Part shown: piece after piece, positions 19,050 to 28,831 of the stretch | How positions within the stretch are numbered: position 1 is the first letter of the stretch | Layout: each line of letters starts with the position of its first letter | NCBI GenBank assembly: GCA_965219675.1 | Contig: OZ244786.1 | Coordinates: forward strand, 3,420,494 to 3,484,493 | Source of the DNA: Candidatus Multivorans sp. | GTDB taxonomy: Bacteria; Acidobacteriota; Thermoanaerobaculia; Multivoradales; Multivoraceae | Direction: 5' to 3' | DNA length: 64,000 nt | Notes under the pieces: model-generated | Seen by the model: only the letters and a program-made list of their open reading frames with translations | What the model was told of the DNA's origin: nothing | The model's database searches: none | Program-made: the position numbers and the translations under genes

Positions 19050-20291
19050 ATGCAGTTCGTCTGCCGGCTGGGAACCGCCGACGGTCGCATCGTGGAGCAG
19101 ATTCACGAGGCGCCGGACCTCCGTAGCGCGCGCCGGGAGATCGAGCGCCGCGGGCTCCACGTCTTCGAGATCCGGCGCCGTGGCCTGCAGCACATGTTCG
19201 GATCGTTGCTCGGAACAACCTCTGCGGCCGGACAGGGCGGCTCCCGCAAGACGATTCCCGGCCCGGACTTCCTGGTCTTCAATCAACAGTTGGCCGGCCT
19301 GCTCGGCGCGGGGTTGCCCCTGCTTCAGTGCCTGGAGTTGATGCACGAACGGCAGCGCAACGCCACGTTCAAGGAGGCACTGGCCGAAGTCAGGGACCGG
19401 GTCGAGAGCGGCGCGGAGCTTTCCGACGCCTTCTCGGAGGCCGGTGAGACGTTTCCGCCGATCTACGCATCGATGCTCAAGGCCGGCGAGCAGAGCGGCG
19501 GCCTGGAACGGGTGATCCGGCGCTATGTCCGCCAACTCAAGCTGGTCACCAGTTCCCGCAAGCGCGTGGTCAGTGCGCTCTTCTACCCGGCGCTGCTGGT
19601 TTGCCTGTCGGTCGGCATCGTCGCGGTGATGATGTTCTTCGTCATGCCGCGCTTCGAGGAGTTCTACGTGGCCCTCGACCTCGACCTGCCCTGGATCACG
19701 CAGACGTTGCTCGGTCTGTCGGCGCTGCTGCGCAATCCGACCAGCCTGGTTCTCATGGCTGCGGCGGTCGTCGGCGCCTGGACAGCGTGGAGGGTGGGGC
19801 GAAGCGGTCGTCTCGGCGCGTTGATCGATCGCCTGAAACTGCGAACGCCGATCATCGGACCGATCCTCCACCGTTTCGCGCTGTCCGAGTTCTGCCGCTC
19901 CCTGGCCACCCTGCTGCACGGCGGCCTGCCCCTGGCCACGGCCCTCGACACCGCGTCCTCGGCGGTCACCAACCGCTTCCTGCACGGCCGCGCGGTGGCC
20001 CTCGGTCCACGGATACGGGAAGGCGCGGCGTTCCATGTGGCGCTCGAAGAGTCCGGGGCGTTCACCGATCTCGCCATCGACATGGTCAAGGTCGGTGAGG
20101 CGACCGGGGCTCTGGACGAAATGGTGAACAGCGTGTCCGACTTTCTCGACGAGGATGTCGAGACCCGCACCGAGCGACTGCTCTCCCTGATCGAGCCGGT
20201 GATGCTGGTGGTCATGGGCTTCACGATCGCGCTCCTCGTCCTCTCCATGTATCTGCCGCTGTTCAGCGTGCTCGGACAGGTGCAGGGCTGA
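19050..20291 (+). CDS. Type II secretion F / PilC family inner-membrane platform protein
   Basis: FNQQLAGLLGAGLPL, AGEQSGGL, ALFYP, VGEATGALDEM, LIEP, MYLPLF duplicated T2SSF domains. Confidence 0.92.
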   Translation: MQFVCRLGTADGRIVEQIHEAPDLRSARREIERRGLHVFEIRRRGLQHMFGSLLGTTSAAGQGGSRKTIPGPDFLVFNQQLAGLLGAGLPLLQCLELMHERQRNATFKEALAEVRDRVESGAELSDAFSEAGETFPPIYASMLKAGEQSGGLERVIRRYVRQLKLVTSSRKRVVSALFYPALLVCLSVGIVAVMMFFVMPRFEEFYVALDLDLPWITQTLLGLSALLRNPTSLVLMAAAVVGAWTAWRVGRSGRLGALIDRLKLRTPIIGPILHRFALSEFCRSLATLLHGGLPLATALDTASSAVTNRFLHGRAVALGPRIREGAAFHVALEESGAFTDLAIDMVKVGEATGALDEMVNSVSDFLDEDVETRTERLLSLIEPVMLVVMGFTIALLVLSMYLPLFSVLGQVQG

Positions 20292-21976
20292 TGGTCGTCC
20301 AGAACGAAACGGCCGCGGCGCGGAACCGGCGCCTCCTCGCGGAGGGCGTCTCCGACCTCGAGGGCCTACGTCTGGCGAGCGAGGAGGAGGGACGCCTCGC
20401 CCGGGAACGGGCCGAGTCGGAACGGATCGCCGAACGGTTCGGCCTGGAGGTGGCCGATCTCGAGAACTTCCGCATCGACAACGACCTCTTCCGCCACATC
20501 CCGTTCGACCTGATGCTTCGCTACAGCTTCATCCCCGAGCGTCAACTGGAGGGCCGGCTCGCGGTCGTGATCGCCGATCCGACCGACGTGGTCAAGCTGG
20601 ACGAACTCGAGTTGCAACTGGGCCAGCCGCTGGAGGCCCGGATCGGCGCCCGCTCCGAGATCGAGGACCTGCTGCAGAAGTCCGAGAGCGCGCAGCGCGT
20701 CCTGGACGAGGCGACCGAGGACTTCAAGATCCAACTCGTCCAGGAGGATGAGGACAGCGGCGAGGTGCTCTCGATCGACCGGATTTCGGCCGACCAGAGC
20801 CCGATCATCAAGCTGGTCGATTCCACCCTCTTCAACGCGATCCAGCGGCGCGCGTCGGACGTTCACATCGAGACGCGCGAACACGAGGTGATCATCAAGT
20901 ACCGCATCGACGGCGTGCTGTACCAGGCGATGGAGGCGATCGACCGCCGACACCACCAGACCATCGTCAGCCGCATCAAGGTGATGTCGGAACTCGACAT
21001 CGCCGAGAAGCGGATCCCGCAGGACGGGCGTTTCAAGGTCCGGGTCAGCGGTCGCACGATCGACTTCCGGGTCTCGGTGATGCCCTCCGTCCACGGCGAG
21101 GACTGCGTGATCCGCATCCTGGACAAGGAGTCGATGAACCAGGAGTTCAAGACCCTGCGACTCGATGTCCTCGGCCTGGACGACGAGACGATCACGAAGC
21201 TCCGCAAGTTCATCCGCGAGCCCTACGGCATGGTGCTGGTCACCGGGCCGACCGGATCCGGGAAGACGACCACGCTCTACGGCTGTCTGTCCGAGATCCA
21301 GTCCAGCGAGGACAAGATCATCACGATCGAGGACCCGGTCGAGTACCAGCTCGACGGGATCACCCAGATTCCGGTCAACGAGAAGAAGGGCCTGACCTTT
21401 GCGCGGGGGCTCCGCTCCATCCTCCGGCACGACCCGGACAAGATCATGGTCGGGGAGATCCGCGACGAGGAGACGGCCCAGATCGCGATCCAGTCCGCGT
21501 TGACCGGCCACCTCGTGTTCACCACGGTCCACGCGAACAACGTGGTCGACGTGCTGGGTCGGTTCCTGAACATGAACGTCGACCTGTACAACTTCGTGGC
21601 GGCGCTCAACTGCATCCTCGCCCAGCGGCTGGTCCGGCGCATCTGCAACCACTGCTGCGAACCGGTACGGGCCGACGACGCGCTCCTCGAGGAGAGCGGT
21701 CTCGCCCGGTCCGACATTGCCGGCTGGCAACTCTTCGAGGGCCGGGGCTGCATGGAGTGCAACGGCACCGGCTACTTCGGGCGAATGGCGGTGTCGGAAC
21801 TGCTCGACCTCTCCGACTCGATCCGCGAACTGATCCTCGACCGCCGACCCGCCTCCGAGATCCGCCGCGCGGCGGCTGCGGAAGGCATGCGTTTCCTGCG
21901 CCAGAGCGCGCTGGCGAAGGTACGTGAAGGAGTGACGACCCTCCGTGAGATCAACAAGGTTACCTTTGTGGATTGA
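20291..21976 (+). CDS. GspE/PilB family assembly ATPase
   Basis: ASDVHIE, PQDGR, GPTGSGKTT, TIEDPVE, LRHDPDKIMVGEIRD, TGHLVFTTVHAN, tetra-Cys CNHC/CMEC. Confidence 0.95.
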   Translation: MVVQNETAAARNRRLLAEGVSDLEGLRLASEEEGRLARERAESERIAERFGLEVADLENFRIDNDLFRHIPFDLMLRYSFIPERQLEGRLAVVIADPTDVVKLDELELQLGQPLEARIGARSEIEDLLQKSESAQRVLDEATEDFKIQLVQEDEDSGEVLSIDRISADQSPIIKLVDSTLFNAIQRRASDVHIETREHEVIIKYRIDGVLYQAMEAIDRRHHQTIVSRIKVMSELDIAEKRIPQDGRFKVRVSGRTIDFRVSVMPSVHGEDCVIRILDKESMNQEFKTLRLDVLGLDDETITKLRKFIREPYGMVLVTGPTGSGKTTTLYGCLSEIQSSEDKIITIEDPVEYQLDGITQIPVNEKKGLTFARGLRSILRHDPDKIMVGEIRDEETAQIAIQSALTGHLVFTTVHANNVVDVLGRFLNMNVDLYNFVAALNCILAQRLVRRICNHCCEPVRADDALLEESGLARSDIAGWQLFEGRGCMECNGTGYFGRMAVSELLDLSDSIRELILDRRPASEIRRAAAAEGMRFLRQSALAKVREGVTTLREINKVTFVD

Positions 21977-22952
21977 ACGCCTCGTCGGCCTCGACGACCC
22001 TCGAGGACCGGCGTCGGTGTTTCTGCTCGACGAGCGCGAGCTCGTCCTGGCGCACTTTCTGCGCCAGGACGGATCGGTCCCGGAACTCCAGGTCGTTCGG
22101 CGACGCGAGCTGCCCTCCGACACCTTCCAGGACGGCGCTCTGGGCGGACCCCTGAGGGAGCCCGCCCAGTTTCACGAGCTCATCGCAGAGCTTCAGCAGG
22201 CCGCCGACATCGCGATTGGCGAGCCGGTCACCCACGCCGCCCTCGTCCTCCCGGACCGCTGGCTCCGACTCACCTTCGCCGACCTCGAAGAGGTCCCGGG
22301 GAAGCAGCACCTGCGAGAAGAGGCCCTGCGCTTCAAACTCCGCAAACAGGTCCCTTTCCGCGTCGAGGAACTCCGTGTCCGCGGCCGGCGGACCGGCTCC
22401 GACGGCAACGGCGCCACCCGCTTCCTGATCGGCTTCGGCGTCGAGCACGTCCTGGCCCAGATCGAAGACTCGTTCAGGCGTGCCGGCATCCACATCGGCA
22501 CGGTCACCAACGAGAGCCTGAGTGCTGCCGACGGGCTCGTCCGCCTTCACGGTGACTCCGACCCCTTCCTGCTCCTCGTCGCCCACCAGGACGGCTACTC
22601 CCTGCTCGCCTACGCTCACAAGGAACCGACGCTCTTCCGCTACAAGAGCATCGACCCGGACCTGCCGTCCTCGGTGGCGTCCAACCTGGCCGTGCGCGAC
22701 CTGCGACTGACCCGGAGCTTCATCGAGGAGCGCGAGCTGTTCGGCAGCGAGCGGACCCTGCCCGGGCAGGCCCTGATGCTGGCCGCCGAAGAGGTTCGCG
22801 GCGTCTGGCGCGACCGGCTCGAAGAGGGACTGGGATTGCCGGCCCGGATTCTCGACGGCAACGCAGCCCTCGGCTCCGAACCCGCTACCGCGGAGATCGG
22901 TGTGCAGCAGGCTCTTCCGATGCTCGGCGCGTCGCTGACGGTGAGGACATGA
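21966..22952 (+). CDS. PilM/GspL-like cytoplasmic alignment protein
   Basis: Position after the ATPase; ALVLPD...EALRFKLRKQVPF resembles PilM-like folds; start uncertain (21945 or 21966). Confidence 0.65.
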   Translation: MWIERLVGLDDPRGPASVFLLDERELVLAHFLRQDGSVPELQVVRRRELPSDTFQDGALGGPLREPAQFHELIAELQQAADIAIGEPVTHAALVLPDRWLRLTFADLEEVPGKQHLREEALRFKLRKQVPFRVEELRVRGRRTGSDGNGATRFLIGFGVEHVLAQIEDSFRRAGIHIGTVTNESLSAADGLVRLHGDSDPFLLLVAHQDGYSLLAYAHKEPTLFRYKSIDPDLPSSVASNLAVRDLRLTRSFIEERELFGSERTLPGQALMLAAEEVRGVWRDRLEEGLGLPARILDGNAALGSEPATAEIGVQQALPMLGASLTVRT

Positions 22953-23623
22953 AGAACGGGTTCAACCTCGCGGCCCGCCCCTTCGTCAACCGCCGGCCCT
23001 GGCGGCGCCTGACCGTTCTTCTATGGGCTCTCGGGATCACGCTTCTCGCATTCAACGCGGTGCTGTACTGGGGCTACCTGACCGGCTCGGCCGACGCCCG
23101 CGCCGAACTCGCCGAGTTGCGCCAGCAGCTAGCCGCCGATGGCGCTGAACTCGACGGCCTGGGTTCGGAACTCGCGCGCCTCGATGTGCAGTCCCAGAAC
23201 CGCGAGGTCGCGTTCCTGAACGAGCGCATCGCGGATCGGCGCTTCCCCTGGGGTCAGCTCTTCACCGACATCGAACAGGTGCTGCCATGGAGCACGCGGC
23301 TGCGCAGCCTCGCACCCCAGCCGAGCGAACGGAGCCGACGACGGCAAGCCGAACCGGTCCCCGACGTTGCGGCACGGGTGATGCTCGACATCAGCGGCGA
23401 GGCCCAGGACGACGAGGGTCTGCTCGAATTGATCGACTCGCTGTTCGAACACCCATCGTTCGACGGTCCGAAGCTGCGCCACGAGAGCCAGCAGGACTCC
23501 GGCCCACTGGACTTCACGATCGCCGTTGCCTACACGCCGGGGATCACTGCAGGCGAACCGGAGGCCGCCGCGGACACCACAGCCACCGGACAGGAGACAG
23601 GTCCGATGGAGGAGCAGCCGTGA
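22949..23623 (+). CDS. PilN-like protein
   Basis: FNLAARPF, TM helix, coiled coil, W..LF..IE..LP, ISGEA...L...PSF ferredoxin-like domain. Confidence 0.75.
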   Translation: MKNGFNLAARPFVNRRPWRRLTVLLWALGITLLAFNAVLYWGYLTGSADARAELAELRQQLAADGAELDGLGSELARLDVQSQNREVAFLNERIADRRFPWGQLFTDIEQVLPWSTRLRSLAPQPSERSRRRQAEPVPDVAARVMLDISGEAQDDEGLLELIDSLFEHPSFDGPKLRHESQQDSGPLDFTIAVAYTPGITAGEPEAAADTTATGQETGPMEEQP

Positions 23624-24198
23624 CCCGCCGGCGGGGATGGCGCCTGCGCATCTGGTTCTGGGTCGGCGTGGGCCTTTGCGTCGTCAACGCGGCCCTGCTG
23701 TCGACGTACCGCGGCGTCTACGCGGGCCGCTTCCAGGCCCTGGAAGAGGAGATCGCCGAGGTGCGCAACCTGGGCACGCGGACTACCCAGGAGGTAGCCC
23801 GTCGCGAAGGCCAGGTGGCGACGGTCGAAGCGACGCGCAACCGCGTGGAGAGCCTCTACCGCGAGGGCTTCGCAACGGAGCGGGAACGACTCACCGACCT
23901 CATCCGCGAGGTCAAGGAGCTCGCCGGCCGCTCCGGGCTCCGGCCGGGCTCCATCTCCTACCCGGAGGAGCGGCTCGAACAGTATGGGCTGGTCGAGAAG
24001 TCGCTCGTGTTCACCGTCGAGGGCAACTACGCCCAACTGCGGCGGCTGATCAACCAACTCGAGACGACGGACACGTTCGTCGCCCTCGAGTCCATCAGCC
24101 TCAGCGAAGCAACTCCGAACCTGCGTATCGATCTGCGTCTGTCGACCCTCTTCTCGGACGGCGGGTCCACGGCGGCGACCCGGGAGGCAGGCGGATGA
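23620..24198 (+). CDS. PilO/GspM-like protein
   Basis: TM plus coiled coil; VEGNYAQLRRLINQLE PilO-type motif; GTGA overlap with pilN-like gene. Confidence 0.72.
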   Translation: MTRRRGWRLRIWFWVGVGLCVVNAALLSTYRGVYAGRFQALEEEIAEVRNLGTRTTQEVARREGQVATVEATRNRVESLYREGFATERERLTDLIREVKELAGRSGLRPGSISYPEERLEQYGLVEKSLVFTVEGNYAQLRRLINQLETTDTFVALESISLSEATPNLRIDLRLSTLFSDGGSTAATREAGG

Positions 24199-24785
24199 GC
24201 GCCTCCGAAGCCCGATCCAACCGGCCGCGGCCCCTGCTGCTGGTCCTGCTCGCCGTCGTCGCAGCGATCGCCGGTTGGCGCTATCTGCCGTCTCTCGGAG
24301 GCGGTCCCGGCTTCATCCGCACCACCTCTGCCGACTTGCGCTCCCCTGTGATCGAGGTCGTGGAGCTGGCCGAGCACACCCTGGACCAGCCGCCGCCGGA
24401 GGGCATGCAGGCGCGCGACCCCTGGTCGTTCGGCAGCCGTCCGGCGCCGGAGAGCGCCACCCCCGAGGCGGTCCTTTCCGAGCCCACGCCACAGCCCGTT
24501 CAGCCCGCCATCCCGGAAAGACCGACGCCCCCGGCGCCCAGACCGATCGGTCCGCGACCTCCCGCGGTCGACATCGTCTACCTCGGCACACTGGGACGCG
24601 ACGACGACCCGGTCGCCATCTTCTCGGACGGCTCGGAGATCTACAACGCGTTCACGGGCGACCTGGTCAAGGAACAGTTCGAAGTACAACGGATCGGCTA
24701 CGAGTCGGTCGACCTGGGTTTCGTGGGTTTCCCCGACGAACCGGCGGTGCGACTGGCCATCGGCGGCCGACCGAACGGCGGCTAG
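24195..24785 (+). CDS. PilP/GspC-like proline-rich membrane protein
   Basis: N-terminal TM, RDPW motif, Pro-rich linker, C-terminal YLGTLG...GDLV..FEVQRIG beta domain; lies just before the secretin. Confidence 0.6.
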   Translation: MSASEARSNRPRPLLLVLLAVVAAIAGWRYLPSLGGGPGFIRTTSADLRSPVIEVVELAEHTLDQPPPEGMQARDPWSFGSRPAPESATPEAVLSEPTPQPVQPAIPERPTPPAPRPIGPRPPAVDIVYLGTLGRDDDPVAIFSDGSEIYNAFTGDLVKEQFEVQRIGYESVDLGFVGFPDEPAVRLAIGGRPNGG

Positions 24786-24807
24786 AGCCTGGAAGGACCT
24801 GAAGCAC

Positions 24808-27207
24808 ATGGAAGAACGACACGGACAACGGCTACGCGCCCTGGCGCTGGCCCTTCTGGCTCTACTGGTCTTCGCGTCCTGTAGCGGCTACCGGAGCTTC
24901 AGGGAAGCGCAGCACGCGGAAACCGCGGGCGACTGGGACGCCGCTGTCCTCCGCTACATGGAACTGGTCGCCGCCGACCCCTCGGACCTCCGCTACCGGG
25001 CCGGTCTGCTGCGCGCCAAGACCCAGGCCGCCCATGCCCACTTCGAGCAGGGAAGAAAGCTGCAGGAGGCCGGCCGCGACCGGGACGCCCTGCTGGAGAT
25101 GCAGCGAGCCGTACAACTCGACCCGACGAACCAGTACGCCCTCACCGAACTGGAGAAGATCCGGACCCGGATCGAGAGCAGCGATCTCGGACCGAAGACG
25201 ATCTCCCAACTCAAGGAAGAGGGCCGCGGCTCCGAGCCGATGCCACCGACCCTGAGTCCGCGCTCCGACGAGCCGATCACTTTCGATTTCCCGAACGCGA
25301 CCTTCATGGAGGTCTACCGCGCGATCGGGCAGGCCTTCGGGTTCAACATCGTGTTCGATCCCAGGCTGCGGGACGCACCGCTCCCCTTCCCCATCGAGCT
25401 GCGGGAGGTCACGGCGCTCGAGGGCCTCGAGATCCTGATGCAGAGCCTGGGACACTTCTACAAGGTGCTCGACGAACAGACGATCATGGTCCTGCAGAAC
25501 ACGCCCGCGAATCGTCAGGCGTACGAGGATCGGATCATCCAGACCTTCTTTCTCTCGAACGCGGACGTCCAGGACGTGATGACCATCCTTCGCAGCCTGC
25601 TTGCGACCCGGTTCATCGCCGCGAACGAGCGGCTGAACGCGATCGTGATGCTCGACAGCGTCGAGAAGGTCAAGGTCGCGGAACGCATCATCGAGCAGGC
25701 GGACAAGGCGAAGGCCGAGGTCGTCATTGACGTCGAGCTGCTGGAGATCAACACCTCGAAGCTCCAGGACCTGGGGCTCTCGCTCGATGTGAACACGCTC
25801 GGCATCGGCCTCGACATCGGCGGTGAGGACGTGCCGCTCAGGCTGTCGGACGTCGAATCGCTGAACCAGAACAACTGGGTACTCACGGTGCCGGGCTTTC
25901 TGTTCGACTTCGTCAAGAGATCGACCGACGCGCAGACGCTGGCCAAGCCGCAGGTCCGGATCACGGAGGGAGAACAGAGCACGTTCTCGATCGGCGATCG
26001 GGTCCCGGTCCCGGTGACCAGCTTCAACACCGCGAACACCGCGGGCAGCAACGTCGTGCCCATCACGTCCTACCAGTACCAGAACGTGGGCATCGAGGTG
26101 AACATCACGCCCCGCGTCCACCACAACGAGGAAATCTCCCTGGAACTGGACATCGAGGTCAGCGACCTGGGCGGCCAGATCGGCGACCAGCCGATCATCG
26201 GCAGCCGCAACATACAGACCAGCATCCGGTTGCGCGACGGCGAAACGAACTTCCTGGCCGGCCTGATCCGCACCAACGAGTCGAACACGCAGGACGGGAT
26301 CCCCGGGCTGTCGGAGATCCCGGTGCTGGGCCGCCTGTTCTCGAGGAAGGCGAGCGACAACCGGCGCACCGACATCGTCCTGACCCTGACGCCACACATC
26401 ATCCGCCGCGCGGATATCAGGGAGGAGGACCTGGCGCCGATCTGGGTCGGCACGGAACAGAACGTCGTCTTCCGGGGCTCGAGTCCCAGGATCGACTCCG
26501 GGATCGACGGTCCATTCGACGAGCCGACCGATCGGAGCGACCAGGCGCGGCAGCAACTGGAGGAACGCCTGCCACCTGGTCTGCGCGACGCGGCGCCGGA
26601 AGGCGAAACGAGCGATGACGGAGAGGATGAGCCCCCTCTGGGCGTCGAACTCGTCCCACCGCCGAGCAGTCCGCGCCAGAACGCCGGCCTGCTTGAGAGA
26701 CCGTCAACCATCGTCCCGGCCCACTTCCAGCCGCCGCCGGCGCGGACCGCCAGCGAAATCGAACTCTCCTTTTCGCCGCAGGCACTGCGCGCGACGGTCG
26801 GCGACAGCTTCGAAGCGCGCCTCGATGTCAGGGCCCGCGCTCCGCTCTCGCACCTGCCGCTGAGGCTCCGCTACGACCCGGAACGGATCGAGGTGACTTC
26901 GGTCAGGGCCGAGTCCTTCCTGGGCGATCAGGACGAGATCTCCCTCATGACGGACACGTCGACACCAGGCACGGTCATCGTCGGCCTGAGCCAGTTGGGT
27001 GATCAGACGGGTGTGGCCGGCCGGGGGCAGCTGCTGGCTCTCGAGGTGCGGGCGGTCGGTCCCGGCAGAGCAACGATCGCCGTCGAGCAGGCCAGGCCCA
27101 AGGGTCCCGAACTCGAGACGCTTCCCGAGCCGACCGTGCGCCCGCTCGAAATCGAGATTCAGGAGGTCCCGCCGCCGGACCGGGCCGAACCGGAGACCGT
27201 CGCGTGA
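24808..27207 (+). CDS. Secretin (GspD/PilQ family) with lipoprotein signal, N-terminal TPR and C-terminal cohesin-like domain
   Basis: Lipobox LVFASC; TPR; N domains; AKPQVRI, YQYQNVGIEVNITPRV, GIPGLSEIPVLGRLFS, LTLTPHII; C-terminal VGDSFEA..LRYDP cohesin-like sandwich. Confidence 0.9.
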   Translation: MEERHGQRLRALALALLALLVFASCSGYRSFREAQHAETAGDWDAAVLRYMELVAADPSDLRYRAGLLRAKTQAAHAHFEQGRKLQEAGRDRDALLEMQRAVQLDPTNQYALTELEKIRTRIESSDLGPKTISQLKEEGRGSEPMPPTLSPRSDEPITFDFPNATFMEVYRAIGQAFGFNIVFDPRLRDAPLPFPIELREVTALEGLEILMQSLGHFYKVLDEQTIMVLQNTPANRQAYEDRIIQTFFLSNADVQDVMTILRSLLATRFIAANERLNAIVMLDSVEKVKVAERIIEQADKAKAEVVIDVELLEINTSKLQDLGLSLDVNTLGIGLDIGGEDVPLRLSDVESLNQNNWVLTVPGFLFDFVKRSTDAQTLAKPQVRITEGEQSTFSIGDRVPVPVTSFNTANTAGSNVVPITSYQYQNVGIEVNITPRVHHNEEISLELDIEVSDLGGQIGDQPIIGSRNIQTSIRLRDGETNFLAGLIRTNESNTQDGIPGLSEIPVLGRLFSRKASDNRRTDIVLTLTPHIIRRADIREEDLAPIWVGTEQNVVFRGSSPRIDSGIDGPFDEPTDRSDQARQQLEERLPPGLRDAAPEGETSDDGEDEPPLGVELVPPPSSPRQNAGLLERPSTIVPAHFQPPPARTASEIELSFSPQALRATVGDSFEARLDVRARAPLSHLPLRLRYDPERIEVTSVRAESFLGDQDEISLMTDTSTPGTVIVGLSQLGDQTGVAGRGQLLALEVRAVGPGRATIAVEQARPKGPELETLPEPTVRPLEIEIQEVPPPDRAEPETVA

Positions 27208-27683
27208 GCCTGGCGACCTCAGACAGAGGCCGGCGCCGAGCCGGGTACACCCTGGTCGAACTCGTCACGGTCTGCGCCGTGATGCTGACACTGGCGGCCA
27301 TCGCCCTGCCCACCGCCACCTTCACGAACAAACGGATCAAGGAGGCCGAACTCCGGTCGCACCTGCGCACGATGCGCAACGCGATCGACGAACACAAGCG
27401 CTTCAGCGACGTCGGCCTGATTCCGATCGAGATCGGTACCGACGGATATCCGGCTGAACTCGAGCTCCTGGTCGAGCCGATCCAGTTGATCGGACAGGCC
27501 GACGGCGAGATCCGTTTCCTGCGCCGCATTCCAGTGGACCCGATGACCGGCGAAGCGGAGTGGGGGCTCCTGAGCTACCAGGACGAGCCGGACGACAGGA
27601 ACTGGGGAGGCGACAACGTCTACGACGTCTTCTCCCTCTCCGACGGTGTCGGCCTGAACCGCGTTCCATACCGGGAGTGGTGA
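27204..27683 (+). CDS. Pseudopilin/prepilin-type protein (GspG-like)
   Basis: Class III signal RRRAG|YTLVEL; FLRRIPVDPMTG..W, VYDVFS. Confidence 0.88.
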   Translation: MSLATSDRGRRRAGYTLVELVTVCAVMLTLAAIALPTATFTNKRIKEAELRSHLRTMRNAIDEHKRFSDVGLIPIEIGTDGYPAELELLVEPIQLIGQADGEIRFLRRIPVDPMTGEAEWGLLSYQDEPDDRNWGGDNVYDVFSLSDGVGLNRVPYREW

Positions 27684-27684
27684 G

Positions 27685-28119
27685 ATGAACCGAAGAATCA
27701 TGGGCCAGCGCGGCATGTCCCTTCTGGAGCTGATCATCGTCATGGCGATCATCGGCATCCTGGCCGCGGTCGCGGTGCCCCTGCTGAAGAACGCGCCCAG
27801 ACGGGCGCAGGAAGCGGCGTTGAAGCAGAACCTCCGGGTCATGCGCGACGCGATCGAGCAGCACTATGCGGACAAGGGGCACTACCCGCCGAGTCTCCAG
27901 ACTCTCGTTGAAGAGGAGTATCTGCGCGCGATCCCGCTCGACCCGATCACTCGCAGCAACGACACCTGGGTGGAGGTGCTGGCCGAGTTCCCCGCCCTTT
28001 CCGAAGAGGAACCGTGGGCTGAGACGGACCTTTCACCCTACGGGGATCCCGGTATCGACGACGTCCACTCCGGTTCAGAGGAAAACGCCCTGGACGGCGG
28101 CGCCTATGCCGACTGGTGA
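27685..28119 (+). CDS. Pseudopilin (GspG-like, likely major subunit)
   Basis: GQRG|MSLLELIIVMAIIGILA; YPPSLQTLV..YLRAIPLDPIT. Confidence 0.9.
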   Translation: MNRRIMGQRGMSLLELIIVMAIIGILAAVAVPLLKNAPRRAQEAALKQNLRVMRDAIEQHYADKGHYPPSLQTLVEEEYLRAIPLDPITRSNDTWVEVLAEFPALSEEEPWAETDLSPYGDPGIDDVHSGSEENALDGGAYADW

Positions 28120-28831
28120 CCAGGCACGTCGCGCCGCCAGCTCCGCGGACCGCTCCTCCGAGGCGGGCTACAACCTCGTCGTGCTTGCCGTCCTGATCAC
28201 GGTGATGAACATCGCGGTCGCGGCGGCGCTGCCCTACTGGAGCAGTTGGGCCAAGCGGCAGCAGGAAGAAGAGCTGATCTTCCGCGGGCTCCAGTACGCG
28301 GAGGCGATCCGCCTGTTCCGGGTGCGGCAGGGCCGCCTGCCGACGGCGCTCGAGGAACTCATCGAGGTCGAACCGCGGGTCATCCGGCAGTTGTGGCCCA
28401 ACCCGATGGACGAGGAAGGCCGCTGGGGCCTCCTGATGCAGGGAACGCCAGGCAACACCGACCGGTCGGAGAACCGCCAGGCCGGCGGCGGCGACGGTGG
28501 CGGCGGTGGTGCTGGCGGTGGCGGTGGATTGACCGCCGTACCGCCTCCGAACGAGGAGGAAGGCGAAGGGCCGACGGTCGGCCCGATCCTGGGCGTCTAC
28601 AGCGCGACTCCCGGTCCCTCGATGCGCGTCTGGAACGGTCAGGCGGACGTTGGAGACTGGTACTTCACCGCCGAGCTGATCCAGCTCAGACCAGGCACCG
28701 TCACCGACGGCCGGCCGCCCCCGCGTCTGACGAGCGAGTGGATCGGCAAGCCCTTTCCGCCCGGCGTGCTCGAAGGCGCCAGACCCCGGGACGGAACCGC
28801 GCCGGAACGAGACAGGGGGCGCGACCTTTGA
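28106..28831 (+). CDS. Minor pseudopilin lacking Glu5 (GspK/PilX-like) with Gly-rich insert
   Basis: SEAG|YNLVVLAVLITV (no E at +5); EEELIFRGLQYAEAI, RQLWPNPM, ILGVYS. Confidence 0.75.
   Translation: MPTGDQARRAASSADRSSEAGYNLVVLAVLITVMNIAVAAALPYWSSWAKRQQEEELIFRGLQYAEAIRLFRVRQGRLPTALEELIEVEPRVIRQLWPNPMDEEGRWGLLMQGTPGNTDRSENRQAGGGDGGGGGAGGGGGLTAVPPPNEEEGEGPTVGPILGVYSATPGPSMRVWNGQADVGDWYFTAELIQLRPGTVTDGRPPPRLTSEWIGKPFPPGVLEGARPRDGTAPERDRGRDL

Noticed and set aside
28483-28527. GGC/GGT trinucleotide run in the minor pseudopilin as a phase-variation tract
   Set aside because: In-frame, imperfect Gly-linker codons; slippage would not shift the frame.
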